DNA of 63,955 nt, filler included, from Collodictyon triciliatum (taxonomy: Eukaryota): NCBI GenBank assembly GCA_043381765.1. It is 58 parts of 58 records of this genome, joined end to end, with 100 filler letters (N's around TTAATTAATTAA, not from the genome) between each part and the next. Parts side by side here need not be neighbours in the genome. Positions count along the whole stretch, not along the records: positions 49,747 to 50,747 come from JBHJMP010012780.1; positions 50,848 to 51,848 come from JBHJMP010012781.1; positions 51,949 to 52,949 come from JBHJMP010012782.1; positions 53,050 to 54,050 come from JBHJMP010012783.1; positions 54,151 to 55,151 come from JBHJMP010012784.1; positions 55,252 to 56,252 come from JBHJMP010012785.1; positions 56,353 to 57,353 come from JBHJMP010012786.1; positions 57,454 to 58,454 come from JBHJMP010012787.1; 50 more parts are not named here. One strand, written 5' to 3'. Made by a program: the position numbers and the translations under genes. Below the pieces are notes generated by a model. The model ran no database searches. It was given only the letters and a program-made list of their open reading frames with translations, and had not been told where the DNA came from. Below are positions 49,945 to 62,955 of this stretch, piece by piece (within the stretch, counting starts at the first letter, position 1; each line of letters starts with the position of its first letter).

Positions 49945-50585
49945 TAGCCCGTTGTCGACGTTCGCCAGGAGTCAGTTTCCCATTAAGAATCATAGGCAGT
50001 TCCACATTTTCAAGGGCACTCATCGATGAGATGAGGTTGAATGATTGAAAGACAAATCCCCTTCGAATACGAAGTTTTAATTTATATTTTTCTTTAAAAG
50101 AGAGCAATACAAAAAAAAAATAATCAGTTTCTTAAAAATAATAAATGAGTATGCCACTGTTGATGAAGCAAAATATTACAAAGATGTGAGACGAAGCTCT
50201 GCAAGAATTGAGTCGTCTGTATTAGAGTTAATACCTAAGAATATCAATCATTTGAGCTACCGGTATCGAATACGTTAAGTAAATATAAAATATGAATTAA
50301 AATAAGGAGGTCGATTTTACTCATAGACAAATGAAGCTTTAAAATATTGCTTCATTATCTCTGGTCCGCAATAGGTATGTAGGCAAACAATGTGCAGGAT
50401 AAAACAGGCAAATTACGATATGATTATATTTATAAATAAAACAATACGATGTCCATCTACATGAAGCTCTCCTTTCGTGGGAGTGTCGATAGTACCGATG
50501 ATATTCAGCAGCGTGGTTTTTCCTCCACCAGAAGTCCCATAAACTACCACAAACTCTCCTTCAAATATGTCTACCGATACACCGC
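49945..50585 (-). CDS. ABC ATPase of LolD/MacB type (Dictyostelium AbcH-like), spliced
   Basis: EGEFVVVYGTSGGGKTTLLNIIGTIDTPTKG (Walker A) and GFVFQSFNLISSMSALENVELPM (Q-loop). Confidence 0.88.
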
Positions 50586-51598
50586 TGCTCATTTCACGAA
50601 TTAACTCAATTCAATAGTGGCAAAATGAGAGAAAATGAGAGAAAATGAGAGAAAATGAGAGAAAATGAGAGAAAATGAGAGAAAATGAGAGAAAATGAGA
50701 GAAAATGAGAGAAAATGAGAGAAAATGAGAGAAAATGAGAGAAAATGNNNNNNNNNNNNNNNNNNNNNNNNNNNNNNNNNNNNNNNNNNNNTTAATTAAT
50801 TAANNNNNNNNNNNNNNNNNNNNNNNNNNNNNNNNNNNNNNNNNNNNGTCTTTTACCTTGCGAGACGATGTCATATGTGTTTTTTGATTGGCCTCGATGC
50901 TCTCACAAAGCTGCCTGCGATGTGCAGTCCAAGCACGAATATGAGAAAAGGATCGCTCCTCCATTTTACATTATTATTTATCATTTGAGAAAAATAGGAT
51001 TTGAAAGTGTTTGTAACCTTTTTAGGTTGTGGATGAAACCAATAAAGGTTATGAGCTATGTGTCTGGCTCGTCATCATGGACGCGCTGTGATACAGGAGG
51101 CGGTGATGTGAGGTATTTCTCATGTTTTCCCTCCCCTGGTGCATTCTGAGATGTTTTTTTGTTTTCTTTTTATCCACTGCAGTTTTTTAATCTTTAAAAA
51201 GAAAATTGTGCAGTTAAGCAAACTGGAATTTGAGTTCAAATAAAAAATGAAGAAAAAGGAAAACGAAAACGATAACGAAAAGGAAAACGAAAAGGAAAAC
51301 GATAAACGAAAAAGAAGAAAAGGAAAAGGAAAAGGAAAAGGAAAAGGAAAAGGAAAAGAAAATGAAAAAAAGCAAAATGAAAAAGAAAAGGAAAAGAAAA
51401 AGAAAACGAAAACGAACAAGAAAAAATATAAGAAAACGAAAACGAAAAGGAAAAGGAAAAGGAAAAGGGAAAGAAAAGGGAAAGAAAAGGAAAAGGAAAA
51501 CGAAAAGGAAAAGGAAAAGGAAAAGGAAAAAAAAGGAAAACGAAAACGAAAAAGGAAAACGAAAAGGAAAAAGGAAAACGAAAAGGAAAAAGGAAAAG

Positions 51599-51633
<35 letters not shown>

Positions 51634-51663
51634 GGAAACGAAAAGGAAAACGAAAACGAAAAG

Positions 51664-51728
<65 letters not shown>

Positions 51729-53834
51729 GGAAAAGGAATACGAAAAGGAAAAGGAAAAGGAAAAGAGAAATAGGGAAAGGAAAAGGAAATCAAAAACGAA
51801 AAGTAAAAAGAGCAATAGGAAAAGGAAAAGGAAAAGGAAATGGAAAAANNNNNNNNNNNNNNNNNNNNNNNNNNNNNNNNNNNNNNNNNNNNTTAATTAA
51901 TTAANNNNNNNNNNNNNNNNNNNNNNNNNNNNNNNNNNNNNNNNNNNNATGTAGCTTGTGTTTTCCAATCCAACGGTCGTAACCGAAAGGTTATTTCAAG
52001 AGGCATTAGACAATCCTGGGCAGCATGAAGCAAAATTCAACATATTCCGTGAATTGACTACGATTGACGGATCAAGGATGCATAGAAGTAAACTATTTTT
52101 TTTTTAAAAAAAAACAGTAATTAACATTATAATTGATTTTGAAGTTACTTACATTATGATGCAATATTTCACCTTATTTTTAGATGAATTCTTTTTCAAT
52201 TCAATTATTGGAACTCAAATCGATTAAGGCATTTGTACGAATACGATAAAAATGCAGCACATGTGCGCATTTTTGGATATGTTTTTGGATGAGAAGGTTG
52301 TATGCATTTTCAAATCCATAGTTGATAGTGTTTATATATAAGCCAAAGAAATGAGCACATATGCCTATCCCATTTCACACATATACATAATTATACATCT
52401 TAATACATATATAAATATGTATACCTGACGCACATTTTTTTATTCGATACTAGGCAGAACACCATTCCTCTCAAGGTTAAGATATATCTCAGTAAAATAG
52501 AATTTAATTAAAAAATACTGTCAACATGAACACTTTTTTCATTAATCGTTGTGCATTTACCTTATAGACGTATGGAGGATGATTCTTTTAGAACTTGTTT
52601 GTGATGTATTGGCACCTTCTTTGTACATGGAAACCTTATCTGAGCCAAACTTGAATAGTGTGGTTTTATCTATTAACCGCATTTGTTATTCGACAATATC
52701 GAAATTAAGTGAGTGAAGTATATTTCCTGCCCATGAAATAATTGCCTTATATATGGTTTAATTCAAATTTGTCCATAAAAAAAATAACAGGATTCATTAC
52801 AGATATTCATTTGAAGAGGCCAGCCCAGATCGAAAATTACATACCAAGCCTATGTCGAACGTATTTTTCAATATTGAAATACACTGAAAAACGACATACT
52901 GTCTCCCAGAACACCAAGAACTTAATGATAGATACTTTGATTAATTTGANNNNNNNNNNNNNNNNNNNNNNNNNNNNNNNNNNNNNNNNNNNNTTAATTA
53001 ATTAANNNNNNNNNNNNNNNNNNNNNNNNNNNNNNNNNNNNNNNNNNNNCTTTATATTTTCATTTTATTTTACTTGACCCGCATTTATACAAGGCAAATA
53101 TTGTATATCACATTGATCTAAATCTGATATATACAACAAATGTGCAGATTCGTCGAACCATTTCCGAAATCTACGGAATCACGAGTGACCATGTCTCTTG
53201 TTTATTGCAATCGACATTTTCATTTGTAGGTATTTATAATATATGTAAAATATGTGCTTGTTTCCTTTCAGCTCAGATTATGGCTTCCAATTATCTACGA
53301 TCCGAAATTACCTTAAGGTTATCACCAAAAGGCTGTTTCATTTACAGTTTCATGCCATTCCTTGAGGCTAAGTATATAAGTAAGGGAATGTATAGGCCTA
53401 TCGCATCGGCTGCTGGATCATTTGAGATGCATTTTTGTATTAATGATTGATTAACTTAATGAAAATAATTTTTTTTATCAAGAACATTCAAGCACGATTT
53501 GGCTAATGGGTCTAAATGATCTATACTAATTCTTTGTTCTCAGATAATTTTTTAAAATATAATATAATGCATAATCTAAAAGCAAATACTTTGTTTCAAA
53601 AGGCCTCATCTTTCATGATTCACACATTATTTTACTTTTTTTTACTTTCAAATATGGGCTTAGTTAAAGATTCATCATTATATAGTAGAAAAATAAGATT
53701 GTAATCAAGGGTGGAGTTTTAGCCCTTACTATTATACAAAAATATATATCCGAGAGATTTGTATGAATAATATTCCTTTTAGTGGAGTTATCATGAAAAT
53801 CAAAAGTGAGAGGAAATATGACGAGTCGATTAAT

Positions 53835-53871
53835 GGTCCTGCACAAAAGTTGAAAGGAAGAATAAAAAAAA
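53835..53871 (+). mobile_element. Micro retro-insertion with 17-bp TSD (one mismatch)
   Basis: Flanked by ATG(A/G)CGAGTCGATTAAT at 53818-53834 and 53872-53888. Confidence 0.78.
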
Positions 53872-55539
53872 ATGGCGAGTCGATTAATCGTATTGAATCA
53901 ACCGAGGCGGTCAAACAGAGAGAATGCCATACAATTATAGTATATTTTTAGACAATTCTTAATCCTATATATTATTCGCATTTAATCAACAGGAAGATGT
54001 CCGAGCCATCACCAAGCAGACAATCTGACGCCGCCAACCAGCAAGAATCTNNNNNNNNNNNNNNNNNNNNNNNNNNNNNNNNNNNNNNNNNNNNTTAATT
54101 AATTAANNNNNNNNNNNNNNNNNNNNNNNNNNNNNNNNNNNNNNNNNNNNTCTGTTGGACGTTGTGTGTTGTGAGGAAAGTAGGCATTATCTATTCGGCA
54201 GGGGGGCGCCTGAGGAAGACAGGAAGGGGGGAGGAGAAAAAGTTGGGTAACTCAAGATGATAAATAATAATAAAAAAATTCCCAGGAAAAAATAATCGAT
54301 CGATAGAAGCCTCTGAAAACGCTGGATTTACGCTTTTTTTGACTCTCTTACACGTTCACTTAAACATAAGGTGCTATCCATCCAAACTTGTGCAAGGTTG
54401 GGGAAATAAGTACACCCCGATTTTTTGATTAGGAAAAGCCTAGGCACCGAGGCATCCACGTTGCCACTCTTGGTGTTTTCGTGAAGGGCTGAAAGGATGG
54501 TTCATTCTTTAAAACCCGAGAAATATAAAAGGACGAGGTGGGGCTGGGAGGACACGATGTTATACCACGTGCGAAAATGAGACGGACTTTAGAAAGCCTG
54601 GGTCAACCTCTCTCTCTCTCTCCCTCTCCCTCTCTCCTCTTGTTCTTGTTCATGAATGCTGCGGCGGGGCTGGTGAAAAAGAGACAAAACCCTACACTCC
54701 TGATCTGTTCTTCGACAACAACCTTTTCGTGATCAAAAACGCGCCTGCGAGAAGAGACGAGGACGAAGGGACTGTACGGAGAGACAGAACGGCGGAACGA
54801 ATTACTGAAACCGCTTGCGTCCTTTATTTTTTCCTTTATTCGATTCTACCGCTTGCGTCCTTTATATATATCCCCGCTGGCTATTCTTCGAACAGTGTTG
54901 AACTTATGGCGCTCGGCCGTCTCTTCACCATTCTCTTTCACATTGGTGCGCTGCAGGAATTGACAATGGCTTCTGCGCCGTTTGCACAAATTTTTATATA
55001 GAATTAACAAACTCCGACCCTGAAAACTTATATATTGACCTTCAAATGGAAAATTATATGTATTTTCAATAATTTAGTACTAGTTTGCACATAATTATTG
55101 AATGATTGTCGACATTGGTTAGAGACAGAGTGGAACTGAACTCATGGGTTANNNNNNNNNNNNNNNNNNNNNNNNNNNNNNNNNNNNNNNNNNNNTTAAT
55201 TAATTAANNNNNNNNNNNNNNNNNNNNNNNNNNNNNNNNNNNNNNNNNNNNCTCTTCTTTCTCTTCTTTCTCTTCTTTCTCTTCTTTCTCTTCTTTCTCT
55301 TCTTTCTCTTCTTTCTCTTCTTTCTCTTCTTTCTCTTCTTTCTCTTCTTTTCTTTCTCTTCTTTCTCTTCTTTCTCTTCTTTCTCTTCTTTCTCTTCTTT
55401 CTCTTCTTTCTCTCTTTTGTCCAACCGACAGCACTCTACCCAAGGCGAATTTTTGTGATGATTTATCAGAACTTCTCTGTCCAAGAACAAACTGCGAGCC
55501 ATGAATTAAATATATACGACTAAAACAAACTTGGTGTGA

Positions 55540-56252
55540 GCAGGAGATCGAGCGCAAGATAAGAACGTATGAGGGATTGGTGGAGGACAGGCTCAAGGAG
55601 CAACTGAAGGACTGCCTGAACGAGCGAGACAAAGTGTATGAGCAGCATGCCAAGTTGTAAGTTAACATACCTTCTTTTCTTCAGGACTAGTTTCTGGTGC
55701 GCATCAATTAACATATGAGGGCATGCCACAGCTTTGATATCTTTGCAAAGTCAGCATATCTGATCCATCAATCTCAGACTCGACCTTAGAAACATGATTC
55801 TTAATCTGCAAGAGTACAACTTGAAGGAGTTCAAAGCGATGGTGGATATCGGCTGCACGTTCATGGCTGAAGCACACGTGTGAGTTCTCTTGACATGCTT
55901 TCTGGATATGTCGATGCATATAATTTCCAGCATACTTTCGTCTTTTTCCTTATTGTTCTATATTTCATGCTTTTGTAAGATATCATTTTCATGCTTCATT
56001 TTTATTTCTATTTTATTTCTATTTTATTTCTATTTTATTTCTATTTTATTTCTATTTTATTTCTATTTTATTTCTATTTTATTTCTATTTTATTTCTATT
56101 TTATTTCTATTTTATTTTGGTGAGAAATCGTGTATCAGATTGTACTTTTTAATTGTATATGCGTTGTGGTTTGTGCAGACCAGACACGTCGCGAATATTC
56201 GTTTTGGTGGGTCACGGAATCCATGTAGAAATGACGCTTCCTGAAGCCCTGG
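55540..56252 (+). CDS. UXT: UXT-like alpha-prefoldin subunit, spliced
   Basis: KIRTYEGLVEDRLKEQLKDCLNERDKVYEQHAK / MVDIGCTFMAEAHV / PDTSRIFVLVGHGIHVEMTLPEAL. Confidence 0.88.
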
Positions 56253-56352
56253 NNNNNNNNNNNNNNNNNNNNNNNNNNNNNNNNNNNNNNNNNNNNTTAA
56301 TTAATTAANNNNNNNNNNNNNNNNNNNNNNNNNNNNNNNNNNNNNNNNNNNN

Positions 56353-56389
<37 letters not shown>

Positions 56390-56860
56390 TGTTTCGAATA
56401 GCTCGCTTCGCCTTATTAGTAGGTTGTTGTACTCACGGGTCGGTGACAGCTGGTGTCTTGATCCCCGATGTGTCTCGGTGCATAACCCGTGTAGTAAAGG
56501 GATGTGATCAAGTGACCTTTTCGCTCTCTGGGTTGGCTGCGTCGGCCTTCTCGGTTTGCGTACGATCAGTAGGCGTTCATTGGCGCCGGTCTCCTGGTGG
56601 GTTGTCTCGTCCTTCTCAGGATCCCTCTTTCCGGTCGCTTGCGTGTTTTTTTTTTTTTTTTTTTTTTCGGCTTTAGAGCGTGGTGGGTTGATAGAAAAAG
56701 GAAAGAACCCCAGTCTAAGAATATTATTTTCTGGAGAATGTGTCCTTTCTCTCTCAGTGTATTTATTGTTTCTCAGCAAAAGAGACTTTTTCTTATTCAT
56801 TGTGTTTTTTTATGTTGTTGTTGTTCCTCTCGAGTCTGTCCTTCCCTCAGTGCGATCACC
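56353..56860 (-). repeat. Dispersed ~470-bp repeat abutting an (AAT)n tract, copy 2
   Basis: Diverged homolog of 45783-46342, e.g. the shared GTACAACAACCTACTAATAAG and GACAGACTCGAGAGGAAC. Confidence 0.85.
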
Positions 56861-57280
56861 TTTATTTATTCACATCGCGAGGTATACCATCTTTAAGATC
56901 AAGACATCATGCCTGACCAGGTATCCACATCGCTTCCTGACAGCATAGCTTTTATGTCACGTAGTTATAAATGACAGTCGACGATAGAGTCTTTGAGCAA
57001 CTCAACGGCAACTCTTTTTTCTTTTCTTATTCTTATTCTTTGATATCGCCCTCCTTACGAGCGGCCGTGAGTTTTCAGCCGCAATAATTGGTGGTCTGCG
57101 TGTTGCGTGTTGAGAAGCAAACAAAAGCGCCAACAAAAGCCACACCAGAGCCTCGAGGGCAACGGGCAGAAGCGCGCGTAGCAAAAGCCAGAGCGAAAAC
57201 CACCTGCAGTCAGTCTGATAAACCCGGCCTCCTTTCGCTTAGAGTTGAGCAGAGGAAGAATAACATGAGCAATTAAAATT

Positions 57281-57353
<73 letters not shown>

Positions 57354-57453
57354 NNNNNNNNNNNNNNNNNNNNNNNNNNNNNNNNNNNNNNNNNNNNTTA
57401 ATTAATTAANNNNNNNNNNNNNNNNNNNNNNNNNNNNNNNNNNNNNNNNNNNN

Positions 57454-58454
57454 ATTACGAAACGGTACAATTCTGTAAAACGTGCCTTCTACTAAAGCCG
57501 GGAATCGCAATATTGTATTAAATGTATCCATCTCCAGTCTTACATTGGATCTAGTACTTTGAGCAAGTGTAAAATCGGCAGTTGATCCAGTACTTGTAAA
57601 AGCATCAAATGGATAAACGACATCTGGAATTGTAGTCCGTCCACTCACTGATAAGTCGCCTGTTATGCTCATACCTGAATTATTAATTTCAACCCTTTGA
57701 ACTCGTGTCGGCAAAGTTGACCCCGTGCCTGTTGCCCCTAAAAATCGAAAGTATGTGTTTCCGTGCTCAGTTACAAATATTTCATTCGTTCCAGTGCCTC
57801 CGACTAATCTACTCATAACCGTTTCAGTAGCTGGCCAGTTTGTGCCATTACCCAACCTGTAAGTTGCTACTGTTCCTGTAGTAGAATCACTAAATGACGA
57901 CTGTATATAACCGGTCGCCCCGCCCGTACTGCCAATGAATTGGATATTTGCCGATGGATTGCTGACATTATTACGAATTGTGCTTCCACCAGATAATCTA
58001 ATATTACCACCTACTACAGAGCAAACTTGTGAACCCGCTGCTACGAAACCGATACCAACATCAGACCCGACTAATGTTTTTACGATACCCGAATTTAAAG
58101 GCCCTGTGTCACCGGCAAAATGAATGCCTGGGATGCTTAGTGTTCCATCAGGTATTGTGACTCCTTCATTTTGTATAACAACTCTTTGCGTTCCATCTGT
58201 TCCAAAACGAATAACATTGTCTGAGCCCCAAATACCTGTTCGACTCGCAGCCGGAGTTGCCGTATTGTCATTAAAAATTAATGTGGGCTCAGCTGCTGAG
58301 CCTGCTCGTGAAAGATTCAATGTGCTGGAAATTTCAACAAAAGAACCAGTTGTTCCATCAGCAAATAAATTGGGTGTCCAAATTGAATTATTCCCGCTAG
58401 CTACCAACACTCGATTTGTATTTGCTGCGCCACTTGTGGGCACTTGCCTTACTT
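57454..58454 (-). CDS. Gly/Thr/Ser/Asn-rich beta-structured fibre-like protein (viral tail-fibre-like), intronless, open at both ends
   Basis: Contig-long ORF with fibre-type repeats such as IRFGTDGTQRVVI, IGFVAAGSQV and VQRVEINNSGMSITGDLSVSG. Confidence 0.65.
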
Positions 58455-58554
58455 NNNNNNNNNNNNNNNNNNNNNNNNNNNNNNNNNNNNNNNNNNNNTT
58501 AATTAATTAANNNNNNNNNNNNNNNNNNNNNNNNNNNNNNNNNNNNNNNNNNNN

Positions 58555-58662
58555 GCCAGGCGTTATGAGTCCCAGTCCTCCCTCCGTAGGTGGCTTAGAG
58601 AGCGTCTTGATTTTATATTTTTGATTATTCGTAGTGATGAAGTTGCGGCAGATGTCTTCCAG
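58555..58662 (-). mobile_element. 5'-truncated LINE ORF2 fragment, same family as 48646-49646
   Basis: LEDICRNFITTNNQKYKIKTLSKPPTEGGLGLITPG is nearly identical to the other copy. Homology stops abruptly at about 58662. Confidence 0.85.
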
Positions 58663-59823
58663 AATAACAATAATAAGTATAATAATAAAGGTAATAAAAA
58701 ACTTATTGAGCTCAAGCCATCGACCCACGGGGAGCAAGATTAGTATGAATATAGTGTTCAGTATTAGTTGCTATGGTTCATTCATCCGTTTCTTGTTTCT
58801 TGTTTCTTTTTTTCTCTTTTTCTCTTTTCTTTTCTTTTCTTTTCTTTTCTTTTCTTTTCTTTTCTTTTCTTTTCTTTTCTTTTCTTTTCTTTTCTTTTCT
58901 TTTCTTTTACTTTAACTTTTACTTTTTCTTTTCTTTTACTTTAACTTTTACTTTCTCATCTAATAAAACCAAAAAACAAATAAAATTGTCTTATTCTGAC
59001 TTTATATTCTTTATCCTCCTTATTGTTTGCCAGGATGCATCGATAGGTTCCTACATACTAAGTTCTGTCGATTTACATATGCTCGGTTAGTACTCTTGGA
59101 GAAACTATGAAAGAATTGTCGCCCCAGCTATCTATTCAGAAATCAAACTTCAGTCCTTAATTGAATAGCAGCTTATTAAGAGATAATAAATACAGCAACT
59201 GCAAGTCAGTACGAAATCTCGATTCATCAGATAGAAGCAAGAACAGATTTGGCTGAAAAGCGAAATTGTCAATTGAAGTGCTTGTTGTTTATGTGATTGT
59301 CATCAATGAGTTCGATGCTTTATTTGAAATACTATCCGAAGAAATGATGATATGGAGGTTTTCTTATTAAGAATAAAAAGTGAATTTTTCAAAGTCCTCT
59401 ATTTTCTCTGTTGATATCAAAAGCTTTACGAAAAAGAAAAAGATAGATAGGACTTCGGGTAATTAGACTATTCGATTGTGGTGGGTTTTCTGCTTGTATT
59501 TGTGTATGATTTCGTTTTCTTTTTATTCTTGGTGGCAAGAGCGAGAGAAAGATGANNNNNNNNNNNNNNNNNNNNNNNNNNNNNNNNNNNNNNNNNNNNT
59601 TAATTAATTAANNNNNNNNNNNNNNNNNNNNNNNNNNNNNNNNNNNNNNNNNNNNGCATATTATGGATGCGAGCCGGAGATGTCTTGAAATGTGTTTTGA
59701 ATATGATAAATATACATTATGCTTTTGCATTAGATTCTTTAGTCTTTGGGGACACATACCTCCCAACAAAATTTTTAATTTTAACATGCTTATGATTTTT
59801 TTAAATAACCTCCCTCAGAAGTA

Positions 59824-59874
59824 AAGCCAACATCTCAACCATCCTGCACAAAATTGAAAGGAAGAATAAAAAAA
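59824..59874 (+). mobile_element. Micro retro-insertion with perfect 17-bp TSD
   Basis: Flanked by AACCTCCCTCAGAAGTA at 59807-59823 and 59875-59891. Confidence 0.85.
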
Positions 59875-61984
59875 AACCTCCCTCAGAAGTATAAGTCCAA
59901 GGTAAAGGAAGGGTATAAAACCCCATCTTTCATGCATGCTTGAATACTGGCATACATGGAATGTGTATCCTTTTTATTAGCACTCTAAATTTTGAAAAAT
60001 GCAGCTGTTTTTACTCGTATCAATCAGGTGTAAATATCTACAGTTTTTTATTATAGAAATAAGTTTTTTTTTTTTTATGTAATATTTGCCTTTTTCATGG
60101 TCATCTTTCGAGGTTTTAATTATTTGACATAGCCACAAGAAAAATTACATGCAGTTGATGATAATTTTAATACTGGTGTTTCTACTTTTATACTTTTAAG
60201 AATATTTTGTTCCTGAATGCAATACCGGGGCAGCTCCATTCGTCATTATTGCGGCATGGTTGATATCGATGTTAAGAGTTCGATTTTTGGTGAAGGTAGG
60301 TCTCCTTGGATGTTTGTTTGATTATCAATTTTTTTTAAGATCTTAATTTTCTGAAAAGATGTTCTGATATTAGTTTCCTATTGGAAGAGACCTGATGGGA
60401 TTCAAACCAGAATATTTGCCACATGTGTGTATCCACTCTGTTGTGGTGCCCTCATCCTGGATTATTCTACACTGTTTTTCACCATTTACAATGAAATATG
60501 TCTGATAAAAAATTCAAAAACATATCGCTCTTGATGGAGTAAATCAATTCTCAGTCGGTGCTTACAGGAATCAAGAATCAGTAAGATTTTAAAGAAAAAT
60601 TAGAAAAGAACCAAATGCCCAAACGAGGCAGTCTTTCTCTGTAAACCAAAAGATTNNNNNNNNNNNNNNNNNNNNNNNNNNNNNNNNNNNNNNNNNNNNT
60701 TAATTAATTAANNNNNNNNNNNNNNNNNNNNNNNNNNNNNNNNNNNNNNNNNNNNAGAAAACAGAAAAGAAAACAGAAAAGAAAACAAAAAAGAAAACAA
60801 AAAAGAAAACAAAAAAGAAAACAAAAAAGAAAACAAAAAAGAAAACAAAAAAGAAAACAAAAAAGAAAACAAAAAAGAAAACAAAAAAGAAAATAAAATA
60901 AAATCGTACCTATTGTCTATTCTTGGAAAGTGAATTTCATCTTCACCGTGGACATTTAAGGACCGACTTGGAGGGTCTGACCGAGTTCCCCTCGAACGCT
61001 GCGCTGGAGATGGTTTGATGTAAGGGAGGTGGCTGTTTGCATCTGGATTCGAGTCGATTATTGGAAAAATCCTTGGAGAGAGCATCTTCGGCTGTAGATG
61101 TGATTTGGAGGGCGCGCCAGAATGCTGTAGAGCATTTATTTTTGTTTTGGAAGAAAACATATAAACAAAACATGAGCAAAAAAAATAGCGGAAAAGTTTA
61201 CTAATGAATAGGGTACGTAACCATTCCGAAGCCATAATATTTACAGACAGTATATGAAGTAGTAAAGCACGATGGAAATATCAAGAGAGCGGGACTGGCA
61301 GCCCCAGGACTGATACCTTGTGCTTCTTCATCTTTCCCTTCTTGACAGGTGGGTCTTCTGTCTCCTGTTCGTGTCTTTCACATTCTTCCTGGACATAATA
61401 ACAAAAGAAAAAAGCTTTATGTAAAATACAAGATATTCATATGTATCGGGAGTTTTAAGTGTGCAAGAATAAAAAGAGGAGATGACGGACAAGTATATCA
61501 TATTTTCCAGACATCTACAACGAAGTAGCCAAACTTCTGCAGGAAAAAGAGAAAAAAGAGAAAAAGAGAGAAAAAAGAGAGAAAAAAGAGAGAAAAAAGA
61601 GAGAAAAAAAGAGAGAGAAAAAAGAGAGAAAAAAGAGAGAAAAAAGAGAGAAAAAAAGAGAGAAAAAAAGAGAGAAAAAAGAGAGAAAAAAGAGAGAAAA
61701 AAGAGAGAAAAAAGAGAGAAAAAAGAGAGAAAAAAGAGAGAAAAAAGAGAGAAAANNNNNNNNNNNNNNNNNNNNNNNNNNNNNNNNNNNNNNNNNNNNT
61801 TAATTAATTAANNNNNNNNNNNNNNNNNNNNNNNNNNNNNNNNNNNNNNNNNNNNGAATAAAAGAGAGAGAATAAAAGAGAGAGAATAAAAGAGAGAGAA
61901 TAAAAGAGAGAGAATAAAAGAGAGAGAATAAAAGAGAGAGAATAAAAGAGAGAAGAGAGAGAAGAGAGAGAGAGAGAGAAAAAA

Positions 61985-62015
<31 letters not shown>

Positions 62016-62026
62016 GAAAGAGAGAG

Positions 62027-62057
<31 letters not shown>

Positions 62058-62955
62058 GAGAAAGAGAGAAAAAGACAGAGAGAAAACGACAGAGAAAAAA
62101 GAGAAAAAAGAGAAAAAAGAGAAAAAAGAGAAAAAAGAGAGAGAGAAAAGAGAGGTTGTATTCCTGTGGGGGTAGTTTATACCTGCATACGATAAAACGC
62201 GCCGTGTTTCATCAATAGAAAGAATCGCGCTGGTGTGGCGCGGCAGCAGCCGAACCGGGACGCTTGCCGACTCCGCAGGAACCAGGGCAAAAGAGCGTGC
62301 AACAAGGCTGAGCTGCGAGTCAGACGGAGTTGCAGTTGCGTTGACTCTGTCTCTTTCTCTGCCTCTTTCTGCGTCGCCCGTGGAAACTGCCTGCTGAGGG
62401 AGGAACGCAGCTTCTCGGGTCTGTGCTTCCTGCAGCCTTTCTTGAATGATGCGAAGAGCAGAGTGAAGAAACGAGTCCGACATCCTTTCGGCCCCAACAA
62501 AATAAGGCGTGTTTACTTGTCTGTCTGCGCATAAATATATGCATTAAACTTGCAGGCATGTGCTGCTTTCTTTCGTGGTTGTGTGGATGCCGCAGCTTTT
62601 GGAGTGCGAGAATTGAGGCAGTTGCCGAAGCTCAAGGCGCGCCTTTTACTCTTTCTTTCCCACTCGAGTTTTGTGTTTTGTGTTTTGTGTTTTGTGTTTT
62701 GTTTCCTATTTTATTAATTTTCCATAATTGTATATCGTTGACTCATCCCAGATTGAGAAATTCCTGTTTGAATATCGAAGGTGCCTTGCAAATAGAAAAA
62801 CAATAAAACAAAAAACAAAAAACAAAAAAAAACAAAAAACAAAAAACAAAAAACANNNNNNNNNNNNNNNNNNNNNNNNNNNNNNNNNNNNNNNNNNNNT
62901 TAATTAATTAANNNNNNNNNNNNNNNNNNNNNNNNNNNNNNNNNNNNNNNNNNNN

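Noticed and set aside
51120-51904. Long Lys/Arg/Glu- or Phe/Ser-rich ORFs (also 33377-33889, 9353-9590, 17302-17692, 61482-61811)
   Set aside because: They are translations of purine/pyrimidine microsatellites in introns or intergenic DNA.
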